Assembly (NCBI RefSeq): GCF_030144855.1 | Contig: NC_082714.1 | Span: forward strand, 109,616,001-109,680,000 | DNA length: 64,000 nucleotides | From: Hypanus sabinus | Lineage: Eukaryota | Direction: 5' to 3' | In this document: positions 40,940-55,095 of the stretch, in pieces | How positions within the stretch are numbered: the first letter of the stretch is position 1 | Layout of the letters: each line of letters starts with the position of its first letter | Notes under the pieces: model-generated | Told to the model about the DNA's origin: nothing | What the model saw: only the letters and a program-made list of their open reading frames with translations | The model's database searches: none | Made by a program: the position numbers and the translations under genes

Positions 40940-41830
40940 GAATGTTGGAAATATTTAGTAGTGCAGGCAGCATCTGTGAAGAGAGAGAAAAATGGTTAAT
41001 AATTTGGGTTGATAACCTTTTCATTAGAACTGAGAAAGTACAGAGATCAAGTAGTACATCGAGCAAAGAGAACGTCTATGATAAGATGGAGACAGAGATC
41101 GAATGACACAAAGGTAGTAAAGGCTTGTTAATTTTCAACATCTATATCACCTTTGCTTTACAAATATCGAAGATGTTTTATTTCATCCAAAACCAATCTT
41201 CTCAGGTGCCACTTACTCACATCCCCACATTGCTGTGATTTACAATCATGTATCTCTTACTTTGTTATTTCCTCTCCATGGGAATTGAAAAGCTTATTGG
41301 TCAATGCAAGGATGATAATCAGCTTCCAGCTGACTGTCATTTTAATCCTTCATCCCACTCATACTCTGACTTCAATGTTCTTAACCATTCCAATAAAGTC
41401 CAACGTAAGCTCAAGAAACAGCGTCATGCTTTCTGACAAGTCATGTTACAAACCTCAGGACCTAACATTGAATTTTGTAATTTTAGGTAAGCAGCCTTTC
41501 CAGTTTTTATCAGAAACAGTATTTTTCCTCTATCCACTGTTCCCATTTGGTTGCTTTTTAACATCATGCCCAAACAGATACAGTGGAAACTAATAAGCCT
41601 TTACCAACTTCTCTCTGTCAGCACCAGCACCTCCATCACTTCTGTCATTCAGTCCCTTGGTCTTCACCTCATCAGAGACTTTCTCTTTGTTTTCACCTCC
41701 TTTCTCCTTTCACTGCAACTTCAATTTATCCTGGTTCTGATGTAAGGCCACTGAGCTGAAACATTAACTCCATTTCTTTCTTCACGGATACTGCCCGACC
41801 ACCTGAGCATTTCCAGTGCTTTCTACTTCT
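40940..41830 (+). mobile_element. Old Penelope-like element: GIY-YIG endonuclease C-terminus between inverted pLTR remnants
   Basis: QLPADCHFNPSSHSYSDF..VQRKLKKQ..LQTSG.NIEFCNFR* resembles the PLE EN tail; degenerate hammerhead ctgatgtaaggccactgagctgaaac at ~41737-41762. Confidence 0.7.
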
Positions 41831-42066
41831 ATTCCTCTCACCATGATTCTGCTGAAATGTTTTCTCAGAGAGTCAAACACACACACCTCACTCGGAACTA
41901 GTTGCTGGACTCATGAGATTATGCATTCTGACAAACACTCACAGCCAAGAGTTGGCACATCGCTTGCTAAAGGAGTTAGCACAGAAGTGGGATCCACACA
42001 TGACAATTCACTGAGCAGTAGGAAAATGCAGCTCACTACTACAGCAAGGTCACACACGAGTTCTTC

Positions 42067-45000
42067 CCATAGAACCATAGAACATTACAGCGTAGAAACA
42101 GGCCTTTTAGCCCTTCTTGGCTGTACCAAACCATTTTTCTGCCTAGTCCCACTGACCTGCACCTGGCCCATATCCCTCCATACCCCTCTCATCCATGTAC
42201 CTGTCCAAGTTTTTCTTAAATGTTAAAAGTGAGCCCGCATTTACAACTTCATCTGGCAGCTCATTCCACACTCCCACCACTCTCTGTATGAAGAAGCACC
42301 CACAACCCCCCCAGTGTTCCCTTTAAACTTTTCCCCCTTCACCCTTAACCCATGTCCTCTGGTTTTTTTTCTCCCCTAGCCTCAGTGGAAAAAGCCTGCT
42401 TGCATTCACTCTATCTATACCCATCATAATTTTATATACCTCTATCAAATCTCCCCTCATTCTTCTACGCTCCAGGGAATAAAGTCCAAACCTATTCAAC
42501 CTTTCTCTGTAACACAGTTTCTCAAGTCCCGGCAACATCCTTGTAAACCTTCTCTGCACTCTTTCAACCTTATTAATATCCTTCCTGTAATTCGGTGACC
42601 AAAACTGTACACAATACTCCAAATTCAGCCTCACCAATGCTTTATTCAACCTCACCATAATATTCCAACTCTTATACTCAATACTTTGATTTATAAAGGC
42701 CAATGTACCAAAAGCTCTCTTTATGACCCTATCTACCTGTGATGCCACTTTTGGAAATTTTGTATCTGTATTCCCAGATCCCTCTGTTCTGCTGCACTTC
42801 TCAGTGTCCTACCATTTACCTTGTATACTCTACCTTGGTTTGTCCTTCCAAAGTGCAATACCTCACGCTTGTCGGTATTAAACTCCGTCTGCCATTTTTC
42901 AGCCCATTTTTCCAGCTGGTCCAGATCCCTCTGCAAACTTTGAAAACCTTCCTCACCGTCCACTACACCTCCAATCTTTGTATCATCAGCAAATTTGCTG
43001 ATCCAATTTACCAAATTATCATCCAGATCATTGATATAGATGACAAATAACAATGGACCCAGCACTGATCCCTGTGTCACACCACTAGTCACAGGCCTCC
43101 ACTCAGAGAAGCAATCCTCCACTACCACTCTCTGCCTTCTTCCATTGAGCCAATGTCTAATCCAATTTACTATCTCACCATGTATACCTAGCAACTGAAT
43201 CTTCCTAACTAACTTCCCATGTGGGACCTTGTCAAAGGCCTTGCTGAAGTCCATGTAGACAACATCCACTGCCTTCCCTTCATCCACTTTCCTGACAACC
43301 TCCTCGAAAAACTCTTAATAGATTTGTTAAACATGACCTACCACGCACAAAGCCATGTTGATTCTCCCTAGTAAGTCCCTGTCTATCCAAATACTTGTAG
43401 ATACTATCTCTTAGTACTCCTTCCAATAATTTACCTACTGCAGACGTCAAACTTAACGGCCTTGATGCACCATCAATAACTCACTCTGAGATGTAAGGCA
43501 TGATATCAGCTTTTATTGACTGGAAGAAGGAACCAGCAGTGAGTGACCACCATGCTACATTCTGGAGACTGAGAGGCCGGGCTCCGGCCTTGATCGTCTT
43601 TATACTGGGGTCTGTGGGAGGAGCCACAGGAGCAGTCAGCAGGGGGCGTGTCCAGACAGGTATATGTAGTTCACCACAGGCCTATAATTTCCCAGATTAC
43701 TTTTTGAGACTTTTTTAAACAACAGAACAACATGAACTATCCTTCAATCCTCCGGCACTTCACCCATAGATACCGACATTTTAAATATATCTGCCAAGGC
43801 CCCTGAAATTTCAACACTAGTCTCCGTCAAGGTCCGAGGGAATATCCTGTCAGGTCCTGGGGATTTATCTACTCTGATTTGCCTCAAGATAGCAAGCACC
43901 TCCTCCTTTTCAATCTGTATAGGTTCCATGACCTCACTACTTGTTTGTCTCATTTCCATTGACTCCATGCCAGTTTCCTTAGTAAATACAGATGCAAAAA
44001 AACCCATTTAATATCTCCTCCATTTCTTCTGGTTCCGTAAATAGCCGACCACTCTGATCTTCAAGAGGACCAATTTTATCCCTTGCTATCCATTTGCTCT
44101 TAATATACCTGTAGAAGCTCTTCGGATTATCCTTCACCTTGACTGCCAAAGCAACCTCGTGTCTTCTTTTAGCCCTCCTGATTTCTTTCCTAAGTATTTT
44201 TTTGCACTTTTTATACTTCTCAAGTACTTTATTTGCTCCCTGTTTCCTATACATGTCATACATCTCTCTCTTCTTCTTCATCAGAGTTCCAATATCCCTA
44301 GAGAACCAAGGTTCCTTATTCTTATTCACTTTGCCTTTAATCCTGGCAGGAACATACAGACTCTGCACTCTCAAAATTTCTCCTTTGAAGGCCTCTCACT
44401 TACCGACGACATTCTTGCCAGAGAACAACCTGTCCCAATCCACGATTTTTACCAACGTTTGTAGATCCTTTCTCATTTTTTCAAATTTGGCCTTTTTCCA
44501 GTTTAGAACCTGAACCCGAGGACCAGATCTATCTTTATCCATGATTAAGTTGAAACTAATGGTTTTATGATCACTGGAACCAAAGTGTTCCCCTACACAC
44601 CCTTCCATCACCTGTCCTAACTGGTTTCCTAATAGAAGATCTAATATTGCATCCTCTCTAGTCGGTACCTCTATATATTGATTCAGAAAACTTTCCTGAA
44701 CACATTTTACAAACTCTAATCCGTCTAGACCTTTAACAGTATGGGAGTCCCAATCAATATACAGAAAATTAAAATCCTCTACTATCGCAACTTCATGTCT
44801 CCTGCAGTTGTCTGCTATCTCTCTGCAGATTTGCTCCTCCAATTCTCGCTGACTATCGGGTGGTCTATAATATAACTCCATTAATGTGGTCATACCTTTC
44901 CTGTTTCTCAGCTCCACCCATATGGCCTCAGTAGATAAGCCCTCTAATCTGTCCTGCCTGAGCACAACTGTAACATTCTCCCTGACTAGCAATGCCACCC

Positions 45001-45895
45001 TCCCACCCTTCATCCCTCTGCCTCTATCATGTCTGAAACATCGGAACCCTGGAGCTGCCAGCTCTGCCCCTCCTGTAGCCAAGTTTCACTAATGGCTACA
45101 ATGTCATAATTCCATGTGTCAATCCACACCCTCAGCTCGTCAGCCTTCCCCACAATACTCCTCGCATTGAGATAGACACACTTCAGAAGATTATTACCAC
45201 CACACACAACCCTTCTATTTGTGACTTTGCATAAAACTTTAATATCATTTATTTTCACCCCCGCTCCACTACTCTATCACTCTGGTTCCCATCTCCCTGC
45301 AAATCTAGTTTAAACCCCCTTCCCCAATAGCACTAACAAACCTCCCTGCAAGGATATTGGACCCCTTGTAGTTCAGGTGTAACCTGTCTCTCTTGTACAG
45401 GTCCCACCTGCCCCAGAAGAGGTCCCAAAGATCCTGAAACCTGAAACCCTGCCCCCACACCAGTTCCTCAGCCATGTGTTCATCCTCCAGAGCATCCTAC
45501 TCTTACCCTCACTGGCATGTGGCACAGGTAGCAATCCTGAGATTACCACCCTCGAGGTCCTGCTTTTAAACTTCCTACCAAGCCCTCTGCACTCACTCTT
45601 CAGGGCCTCCTCATTCTTTCTACCTACGTTATTGGTACCGATGTGTACCACGACATCTGGCTGCTCACCCTCCCACAGGCATGCTATTTCACACACCTGT
45701 GCAGTCTCGCCTCTTTGCCCTGATCAGTTAAAAAACCGGCTTCTCTCTGAGATGCCTTTACTGCTTCCCTCTCCGCCTCTTGCTTCGATTTAAAAGACCG
45801 TTGAAAAATTCCTCTCCTTTTTAAACCTTTGGCGCGCGCTACATCACACGTCTGCGCAGTCTAGCCTCTTTGACCCGATGAGTTTAAAAAAATCC
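42067..45895 (-). mobile_element. Near full-length CR1 LINE (ORF1 SGNH-esterase part; ORF2 APE + RT), frameshifted, carrying a solo-LTR insertion
   Basis: VVVHIGTNN (esterase), YLNARSI..AISETW, YYRPP, GSSDH (APE), DFSKAFDKVPH, QGSVLGP, KFADDTK (RT); tail (TTCTATGG)n. Confidence 0.95.
43463..43678 (-). mobile_element. Solo LTR (216 bp), TSD GGCCT, inside CR1 ORF2
   Basis: GGCCT at 43458-62 and 43679-83; TG...CA ends. Confidence 0.93.
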
Positions 45896-47227
45896 CCTGC
45901 AGATATAACTGAGGACTGCATGTGCAAGCTGCACAAGATTAAAAGGTGCTTAGATAAATGTTTTCTGGCCTGGCCTGCATGAGATGCCAAGGAAGAAGGA
46001 AGAATCTACATTTGAACAGATCTATGGTCAGACCCTGAAGCTATCTTTCTATAACGGAGGTGGTTGTGTGCTTTAACTCCGTACTCTCACAAAATTCAAA
46101 CCATTATGCATCCCTAATGGTCAGTATCTCAGTAGAAGCCATTCAGTGTTTGAGTCTTCAATAGAAGCTCAAACTCCTACCACCTCAGCTCAGTCTGCAG
46201 CTCTTCACAGCAACAAAAGTGGATGCAACCTAAAGCCAAAGCGGTTTGATGTTTCCATTTAGGACAGAGAGCAAACTCATCCACTCTAAATGAGCAGCCT
46301 TCCAACGGTATGGCTGCAGGCACTAGAGGAATGAATTGGGCTGATGCACAAGAGGGATTAATCAATCACATAATTTTAATTTTAATTAGATGAATGAATA
46401 TGGTTTGAAATAATACTTTGATTGGTTCTTCTATTCATAAATTGTAGTCAAACAGATGCTGAGATGATCAGCATGTGAAAGAAAATTCACTGAGAATGGT
46501 GCAATGAGGAATACATGTCCCATTTCATTCACTGAGTGAATTTGGTAGCAAACCAGCACTCAATCTGTATTCCTGGCATCTCTGAGAAGGTAGCAAAGAG
46601 CTGTCTTCTTGAACCGCTATGTCTGTGGTGAACATACTCCCACAACGCTGTTAAATGAGTTCTAGGATGTTACCAAGTGACAAGGAAGATGAGCTACTGT
46701 TTCCAAAACAAAGGATGATTGGGGCTTAGGAGGTGAAGTTACCTGCATAATGTAAACATGCAATTTGTGTCATCCACTTATCCATGAGTAAAGGCCAAAT
46801 TTCCAAAGCAAACAAATGAATGGTTAAATGGTTATGTGGAATCCTCTTTCATTCATCAATGTTTTGCAGTATTTATTATTCTGAGTTGCTTTCATTATCA
46901 TCGCGAATAGTAAGCACTGATGATGGATACCAATGTGGCAATTACTGCCAAATGCTTCCCTAGTGACCAGTGAATAGATAATTGATCGAAAGGCCAATGG
47001 CCCTGAGCGCAGTAAATAGTTACCTACATTCATACAAAGTCAGTAAAGTTGGCAAATCCCTCTGTCCAAGAAGTCAGCTTTGCCTCTATGAAATCAAAAG
47101 ATTTTTTTTTCTTCAAAGCCTTGGGATCTCACCAATGCGGCAGTCAAGAGCAAATTAACGATTGTTACAAAGATTTGCTGTGGTGAGCTGAGAATGATAC
47201 AGTGGCATTAAGTTGGGAGTCACCGTC

Positions 47228-47452
47228 TGATGCACCATCAATAACTCTCTGGGACGTGAGGAGAGATATCGGCTTTTATTGACTGAAAGAAAGAACAAGC
47301 AGTAGTTGACCACCATACTACATCCTGGAGAATGAGGGCCGGGCTCAGGCCTCAATCGCCTTTATACCGGGGTCTGTGGGAGGAGCCACGGTCAGTGGGA
47401 GGGGCCACATGAGCAGGGGGCGTGTCCAGACAGGTATATGTAGTTCACCACA
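47228..47452 (-). mobile_element. Solo LTR (225 bp), TSD CCGTC
   Basis: CCGTC at 47223-27 and 47453-57; TG...CA ends. Confidence 0.93.
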
Positions 47453-49256
47453 CCGTCAACTTGACTCACATGAATTCCAGACGCAAGAACCTGACCAAAA
47501 GTCATCCTCAAGGCCTTATCTATCTTAGTGATTACAATCTTTAAAAACCTAAGCTAGCAAAGACTTTGCTCATCAGACCAGTCCAGGTACAATATTCTGG
47601 GAGTAGGCTCTTTGTTGATGAATAGCTTTATCTCTTCTTCAAAGACGTCAAACTCTCTCAATATCACCTGTGATGAATTTCTTTAAACCTGTAGTAATGG
47701 GTACCTTCTCGTACTTTCACAGCTGAGATATCCTTTAAATGTTTCCTCTTAATAATACACCTAACCCCTTGGGATCCAATATGTAGGACCCTAGACTGTA
47801 GTCCTTATGCGCAAAGTCTTATAATACCTGCACCAGGCTTCAGTGCATCCTTCAGCATATACTCCTTGCCCTGAAACGTGCCAGTCAGCAGCTTTCAATT
47901 ACAAGTATCTTCTTACACTGCTAGACCAACAAGTCTCAGATAGACCAAAGCACACTTTCACCAGATTGTTGATATTCCAGCAGCAGTTGATGCTTGTCTC
48001 AGTATCACCTCTGAGAATAGCATGTAGATGCAGCTGCTTGTGGTGGATCTCAACAAGGGTTATTGCATCCTGTTCCAGATCTTCTTAACAAGTACACAAA
48101 GAGATGGACAATCATCCACATCACTGCAATCTTGAAGTTAGCATGTGGTGTGAGTGAGGCTCCAGCTATGCGGAAAGGGAAGGCCCCTCTCACTGAGAGC
48201 CCAGTAAGGTCTTACTGCTTGCTTGTGAATTCTAGTGAAATGACATTCTGCAAAATAACATTAAAATCTCAAAAAACTGTTGCACTATTCAGTATGCCAT
48301 CACAGGGCCTGCGGGACTTCTTGTGTAGACTACTTCTTGAGGTCTTGTAGTCAAAACCATTTATATTTTGCAACATTTTCAGAAATTACAGGCAGTGTGG
48401 CAAGGTTCTACCGAATGGAACATTGCATAACAACAATACCAGGCCCATTCTACACAGCACCAAAGACACCTCAGCACACACTGACAACTGTATACTTGAG
48501 TTCTACAAATAACTGATGCAACCATATGTGTTCATCATGTTGAGGGCTATACTGGATACAATTCCCCACTTTGCTCTAGGGTATATCACAATCCATTAGA
48601 TACAAGATATCTTACATCTCCAGATAAAATGGATAATGGCTGCCACAGTACAGGAATGTTACTTGCTCCAAATATACCGGCACAGGGAGTATCTTGTACC
48701 TTATGACCAGATCCATGCCCACCATCCAGAGAGAATACTGCTCCCAGATTCCCAATTTCTATTTTACCTTGCCTATCTTCTCCACCAAAGAGCTATGGAC
48801 TCTGATTTCTATTAGTTTGCTGGGAAACTAACAGGCCATCAGAAATGTCTGACCCTATTTCACAATCAGGGCATTTTCAATCAAAAATAAAGTGATCTGC
48901 TCTAAGTAAAATTAACATCAGATTGCAAACCACTGAAAAAGAAACGTTAAATGATTTCTTGTATCTATATCTGATATGTACATGAATCTGAGACTCTCCC
49001 CGTTACTGATATCCCAGAGTCTCCATAGACCCTGTTGGCTACAATAATGTATTTGATGGTTAAGGTATTTTAATATTGAAGACAATGTCTGAACACTGAA
49101 GTTCTGAGATCAGCAAATGAGATCAGCCTATTAGCTTTAGACAATTTAATTCACATCCAGTTAACATTTCACTTATCAGATGTTTAGCCTTCCAAATAAG
49201 TTAAATATTCATAGATAAAGTAAAAACTCTTTTAACGTAACATTTATAAGTTACAA

Positions 49257-52200
49257 CTTTCTTTCTTTTTCAATCTTTTTATTGAGTTTCATATACAAAA
49301 GAAAATAATAATATAACATTGAATAGGTTATAATACACTAGGCTTGAAATTAAATTAGTAACAAGATATCAATATCTTATTGAGATATCAACAGAGAACA
49401 TCATAAGATAATCAATCAAGCCTATATTAATTGTATATGAAAAAAGGATAATCACAAAAGGGAAAAAAAAAACAAGAAAAAATATGTATTAAAATAAAGC
49501 AATAAACCTTAACTAACATGGGCAATAATAATAGTTTATATATACATGATAGTGTCAAGAACTCTGGAACTCCATACCAAAACAAGGATTAAAAGAAAAA
49601 AGGTCTGGAAGAGGTCAAATTAACTCATATGAAAATGTCGAATAAACGGTCCCCAAATCTCTTCAAATTTAATTGACGGATCAAAAATAGTACTTCTAAT
49701 TTTTTCTAAGCTCAAACAAGAAATAGTTTGAGAGAACCACTGAAACGTGGTAGGAGGGCTTACTTCTTTCCAATTTTGTAATATAGACCTTCTAGCCATT
49801 AGAGTTGCAAACGCAATCATTCGTCTAATCGAAGGGGAAAATTGACTACCATCCTCAATTGGTATACCAAAAATTGCAGTGATAAAATGGGGTTGTAAAT
49901 CAATATTCCAAACTGAGGAAATGATAGCTAATATGTCCTTCCAATAGTTATGTAAGGTGGGACATGACCAAAACATGTGGGTCAATGAAGCAACTTCTGA
50001 GTGACATCTGTCACATTGAGGGTTAATATGGGAGTAGAATCGAGCAAGCTTATCTTTAGACATGTGGGCTCTATGTACCACCTTAAATTGTATTAAAGCA
50101 TGTTTAGCACATATAGAAGAAGAGTTAACCATTTGTAAAATTTTTTCCCATTTTTCTGTTGATATAGTATATTGAAGCTCTTTTTCCCACTCTTGTTTAA
50201 TTCTTCCTGACATTTCTGGTTGTATCTTCATAATCATATTATAAATAAGAGCCACTAAACCCTTCTGACAAGGGTTCAAGGTAAAAATTATATCTAAAAA
50301 ATCCATCGGAGTTGAATTGGGAAAGGATGGTAAAACTTTATATAAAAAGTTTCTGATTTGTAAATACCTAAAAAAATGAGTTTTAGGTAACTTAAATTTG
50401 TTAGAAAGTTGATCAAAAGACATCAGACTACCTTAAAAAAAAAATCACGAAAGCATATTATACCTTTCCTTTTCCATATGCTAAAGGTTTGATCTATTAA
50501 GGAGGGTTTAAAAAAAAAGTTAAATAAGATAGGGCTATCAAGAACAAAATTTCTCAGAGTGAAAAACTTAAGAAATTGAAACCAAATTCGTAATGTGTGT
50601 TTGACAATAGGGTTAGATATTTGTTTATTGAACTTAGCTAAATCAGCGGGAAGGAAAGATCCAAGAACGGAGAATTAAAAAGTATCCTCGTGCATCATTA
50701 CATTCCAAATTTACCCACTGTGGGCATAATGGTGAATCCAAATCATGTTTCCAGTATATTAAGTTTGGAATGTTATTCGCCCAATAGTAAAATCTGAGGT
50801 TAGGTAAAGCTAAACCACCATCTTTTTTTTGGTTTCTGTAACTGTTTTTTACTTAACCTGGGGTTTTTATTTTACCACACAAATGAGGAAATTTTTGAAT
50901 CTATGTTATCAAAAAAAGATTTAGGAATAAAAATTGGTAGAGCTTGAAATAAATATAAAAATTTCGGTAAAACCATCATTTTAATAGCATTAATCCGACC
51001 AACCAATGATAAGGATAAGGGAAACCATCTAGTAGTAAGTTGTTGAATTTGATAAAGCAAAGGTAAAAAATTCAATCTGAATAAATCTTTATGTTTCTTA
51101 GTAGTTTTTATACCTAAATAAGTAAAGTTATCAGTAACAACTTTAAATGGTACCCTGTTGTTCATTAAAGTTTGCGCATTTAAAGGGAATAATTCACTCT
51201 TATTCAAATTTAATTTATAACCAGAAAAGCTACCAAACTGAGCCAACAAGGATAGAATAGCGTGAATAGACCTATCAGGATCAGAAATATATAACAAGTC
51301 ATCAGCATATAGTGATAACTTGTATAACTTCTCATTACGGGTGATACCAAAAATATTAGGTGATTCACAAATAGCAATGGCTAAAGGTTCAAATGCAATA
51401 TTAAATAATAGAGGACTTAAAGGGCAACTTTGTCTTGTACCGCGAGAATTGAAAAGAAGAGGATCTATGATTATTAGTAAGAACAGAAGCAACAGGTTTA
51501 TAATATATTAGTTTAATCCATGATATAAATTTGGAACTAAAATTAAAATTTTTTAACACATTAAATAAGTATGTCCATTCAACTCTATTAAAAGCTTTTT
51601 CAGCATCTAATGATATGACACATTCTGGGGTTCTGGGTGAAGAGGTATAAATTATATTAATCAGTTGTCTAACATTGAAAAAGGAGTACCGATTCTTAAT
51701 AAACCCAGTTTGATCTTCTGAAATAATCTGTGACAGTATCTTTTCTAACCTAATAGCTAAAATTTTATTTGAAAGAATTTGTAAAAATTTGTAAGAATCT
51801 TAGAATCTACATTTAATAGCGATATAGGGCGATAGGATGCACTTAGGGTAGGGTCCTTATCTTTTTTAAGAATTAGGGAAATAGTAGCATCATAGAAAGA
51901 CTGAGGTAATCTCTTCTTAATAAATGCATCATTGAAAATTTCACATAACCATGGGGAAAGCAAGGAAGAAAAAGTTTTTAAAAATTCCATAATATAGCCA
52001 TCAGGGCCTGGGGCTTTCCCTGAGTTCATTGATGAAATAGCCTCTCCTACTTCAGCCACAGAAATAGGAGCATCAAACAAACTCCGATCTTCATCTGTCA
52101 GTTTGGGAATATTTAAATTATTAAAAACATCATCCATCATGGACAGATCGCCATCGGATTCTGATTGATATAAAGATTTATAAAAATCTTGGAAAGTTTT

Positions 52201-52515
52201 ATTAATTTCTTTATGATCAGTAGTCAAATTACCATCTTGTTTACGAATTTTAATAATTTGTCGCTTAGTCGAAATAGCTTTTAATTGGTTAGCTAATAAT
52301 TTACCAGTTCGATCACTATGAATATAAAATTGAGCCCCGGTCTTAATTAATTGATTCTCAATTGAAGAAGATAATAATAAGCTATGTTCCATTTGAAGCT
52401 CAACTCTCTTCTTATAAAGTTCTTTGGTAGGAGTCACGGAGTAAATCTTATCAATTTCTTTAATTTTATCCACCAATATAACTATATCAAGATACCTTTG
52501 TTTTCTTTTACCAGC
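49257..52515 (-). mobile_element. 5'-truncated L1-clade LINE (ORF2 RT + CCHC), frameshifted
   Basis: GKAPGPDG, SYRPISLLNVDSKI, RGTRQSCPLSP, LYADD, YLGI, CDRC..HMFWSC; AATAAA and A-rich tail. Confidence 0.95.
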
Positions 52516-52879
52516 ACAACTTTTCCAGCTTGAATCTAAATTTGCCATTTTACATCTTTCTGATTTTCAAATCACTAATCTAAATATCCCAAATATTTTT
52601 CCTGTAAAATTATGGAATTGATTTATTATCTCATAATAATGTCTTGTCACTTTTCCATAGCACCCTTCTTTCAATGCCACATTTTCAGGTTTTTACACAG
52701 TGGACAAAATGCCATAACTAATTATCTATTTTTCAGGCTCAATTTGTTTTCCAGAAGTAATAGTAAAACGCAAAACTCTCCTTCCAACTTCCACTGTACT
52801 TTTATCAATATATTTAGCCTTGTTCAAGAGGTAGGTCTTCTCTATAATTCTATTTTTTTTAAACCTCCAGGTTTGTTTA

Positions 52880-54305
52880 TTACTTTAGATCACCAGGACA
52901 ATAGTAATATTTGTGTTAAGCTGCTGTTTATTGATTACAGCTCAGCATTCCAGCACAATCATGCCATCAGCTCTAATCAAAAAGGTCCAGAACATTCTAA
53001 TCAATGAGCTCCAAAACCTGGGCCTCTGTACCTCCATCTGCAACTGGATCCTTGACTTCCTCACCGGGAGATCACAGTCTGTGTGGATCAGAAATAACAT
53101 TTCCTTGCTGACAGTGCACACTGGTGCATCTCAAAGATGCATGCTTAGCCCACTGCTCGGCTCTCTCTACACTCATGATTGTGTTGCTAGGCACAGTTCC
53201 AACACCATCTATAAGTGTACCGACAACGTACCTGTTGTTGGCAAATGGTGACGAGGAGGCCTACAGGAGTGAGATAGATCAGCTGGTTGAGTGGTGTCAC
53301 AGCAACAACTTTGAACTTAACATCAGTGTGACCAAGGAATTGATTGTGCACTTCAGGAAGGGGAAGTCGAGGAACACCCACCAGTCCTCATCGAGGGGCC
53401 AGAAGTGGAAGGGTGAACAGTTTCAAGTTCCTGGGTATCAACACCTCTGAGGATCAATCCTGGGCCCAACATATTGATGCAATTATAAAGGAGGCACAAC
53501 AACAGATATATTTCATTAGGAGTTTAAGGAGATTAGGTATGTCACCAAAAACATTTTCTACAGGTGTACCCTGGAGAGCATTCTAACTGGCTGCATCACT
53601 GCCTGGTTTGGAGGGGCCACTGCTTCAGAAAGTTGTAAACTCAACCAGCTCAGTCATGGGCACTGGCTTCTTCAGCATCCAGGATGTTTTCAAAAGCTGA
53701 CCCCCATCACCCAGGACATGCCCCCTTCTCACTGCTACCATCACGGAAGAGGTACAGAGCCTAAAGACATAATCTCAATGTTCTGGGGACAGCTTCTTCC
53801 CATCAGCCATCAGATTTCTTTTTTTAATAATTTTCTTGAGTTTCTACAACACAACTACAAAAAAAATCAACAAAATGGAGATTAATACAGCGCAGAACAA
53901 ATGTGTCTAATATATAATTCATGACAATAAGGAAAAAGCACCCAAAATAAAATCATATAAAGTTAGTATCCTCCCCACCTTCCCACTACAAAACCCCAGG
54001 CCAACCATTTCAATATGTAAAAGAAAAATAATCAGAGCGTTCGACCCCACAGAGCTGTAAATATATATATTAAAAATATATATAATTCCTACTACCAAAA
54101 CGTTTCTTAATGGATAATGAACCCATGTACACTACCTCAGTATTTAACACTTCTCTCTTTGCACTATTCATTTAATTTATGTTTTACATAGTTCTTATTG
54201 TAATTTATCATTATTATTATTATTATTATTGTTATGGCAATGTACTGCTGCTGAAAAACAAAAAAATTCATGACATATGCCAAGGATATCAAACCTGATT
54301 CTGAT
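52880..54305 (+). mobile_element. Rex1/Babar-type LINE with an antisense L1-like 3' UTR insert (~53817-54100)
   Basis: [33 protein letters not shown]; TTTCTT duplicated at the insert edges; tail aaacctgattctga. Confidence 0.85.
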
Positions 54306-54699
54306 ACTTAACAAACTCTCTTTCTGCTATATGGGATTTGAATGCAGTTTTCAGATCAACAGTCTGGCCTTTGGATGCCACTTTAGTAAATTAATTACCT
54401 TGGTACCCTTGACTAAAATCTGAGTATTCACATTTTATTCCTATCTTTGTCAATATCTTCATTTAACCAAAAAAAAACAGCAATTCTGGTATAACTCCTC
54501 TAAAAAAAAATCAATGTTAACCCTCTCCAATTGGTTTATATATTTTTTACATGGTCCACTACTGCCTCTATCTATCAACTCAACAATAAAGTCATTCTTG
54601 TTTTGCAAGACTTTGTCTTGGAAAATCAATTTTGCTACCCTTCCTAGAATGACTAGTTAACTATTTCAACAGAAGTCCCATTGAGGCAAGAACGTTACC

Positions 54700-55095
54700 C
54701 TGCTTGTTAGTGAAGATCATAGGGTATAATACAGAAAAGAAGCAGAAGAGGTTCACCAGGATATGTTGGAGAGCTTTAGCTGTAATGTAAGGTTGTACAG
54801 ACTTATATTGTTTTCTCTGGATGGCCAGAGGCTGAGAGGTGAAATATATAAGATTATGAGAGGCATGATAGATGGAGTCTTTTTCCAGGGTTGGAAATGT
54901 CAAATGTTATAAGATGTAGGTTTAAAGTGAAGGGAGGAGTTTAAAGGAGACTTGAGGCAAGTTCCTTTACACTGAGAGCACTAGATGCCTAGAATATGCT
55001 GTCAGTGAAGATGATAGAAGCACTTAAGGCATTTAATAGACGCATGAATGGACAGGGATACAGACCATGTGCAGGCATATGGGATTAGTTAGACT
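54700..55095 (+). mobile_element. Degenerate CR1 3' fragment
   Basis: gcagaagaggttcaccaggatat...aggctgagaggtg..tataagattatgagaggcat. Confidence 0.75.

Noticed and set aside
46181-46322. Additional minus-strand coding exon upstream of the 31-kb candidate
   Set aside because: The acceptor is good, but joining it to 31037 creates TGA. At best a UTR exon; unsupported.
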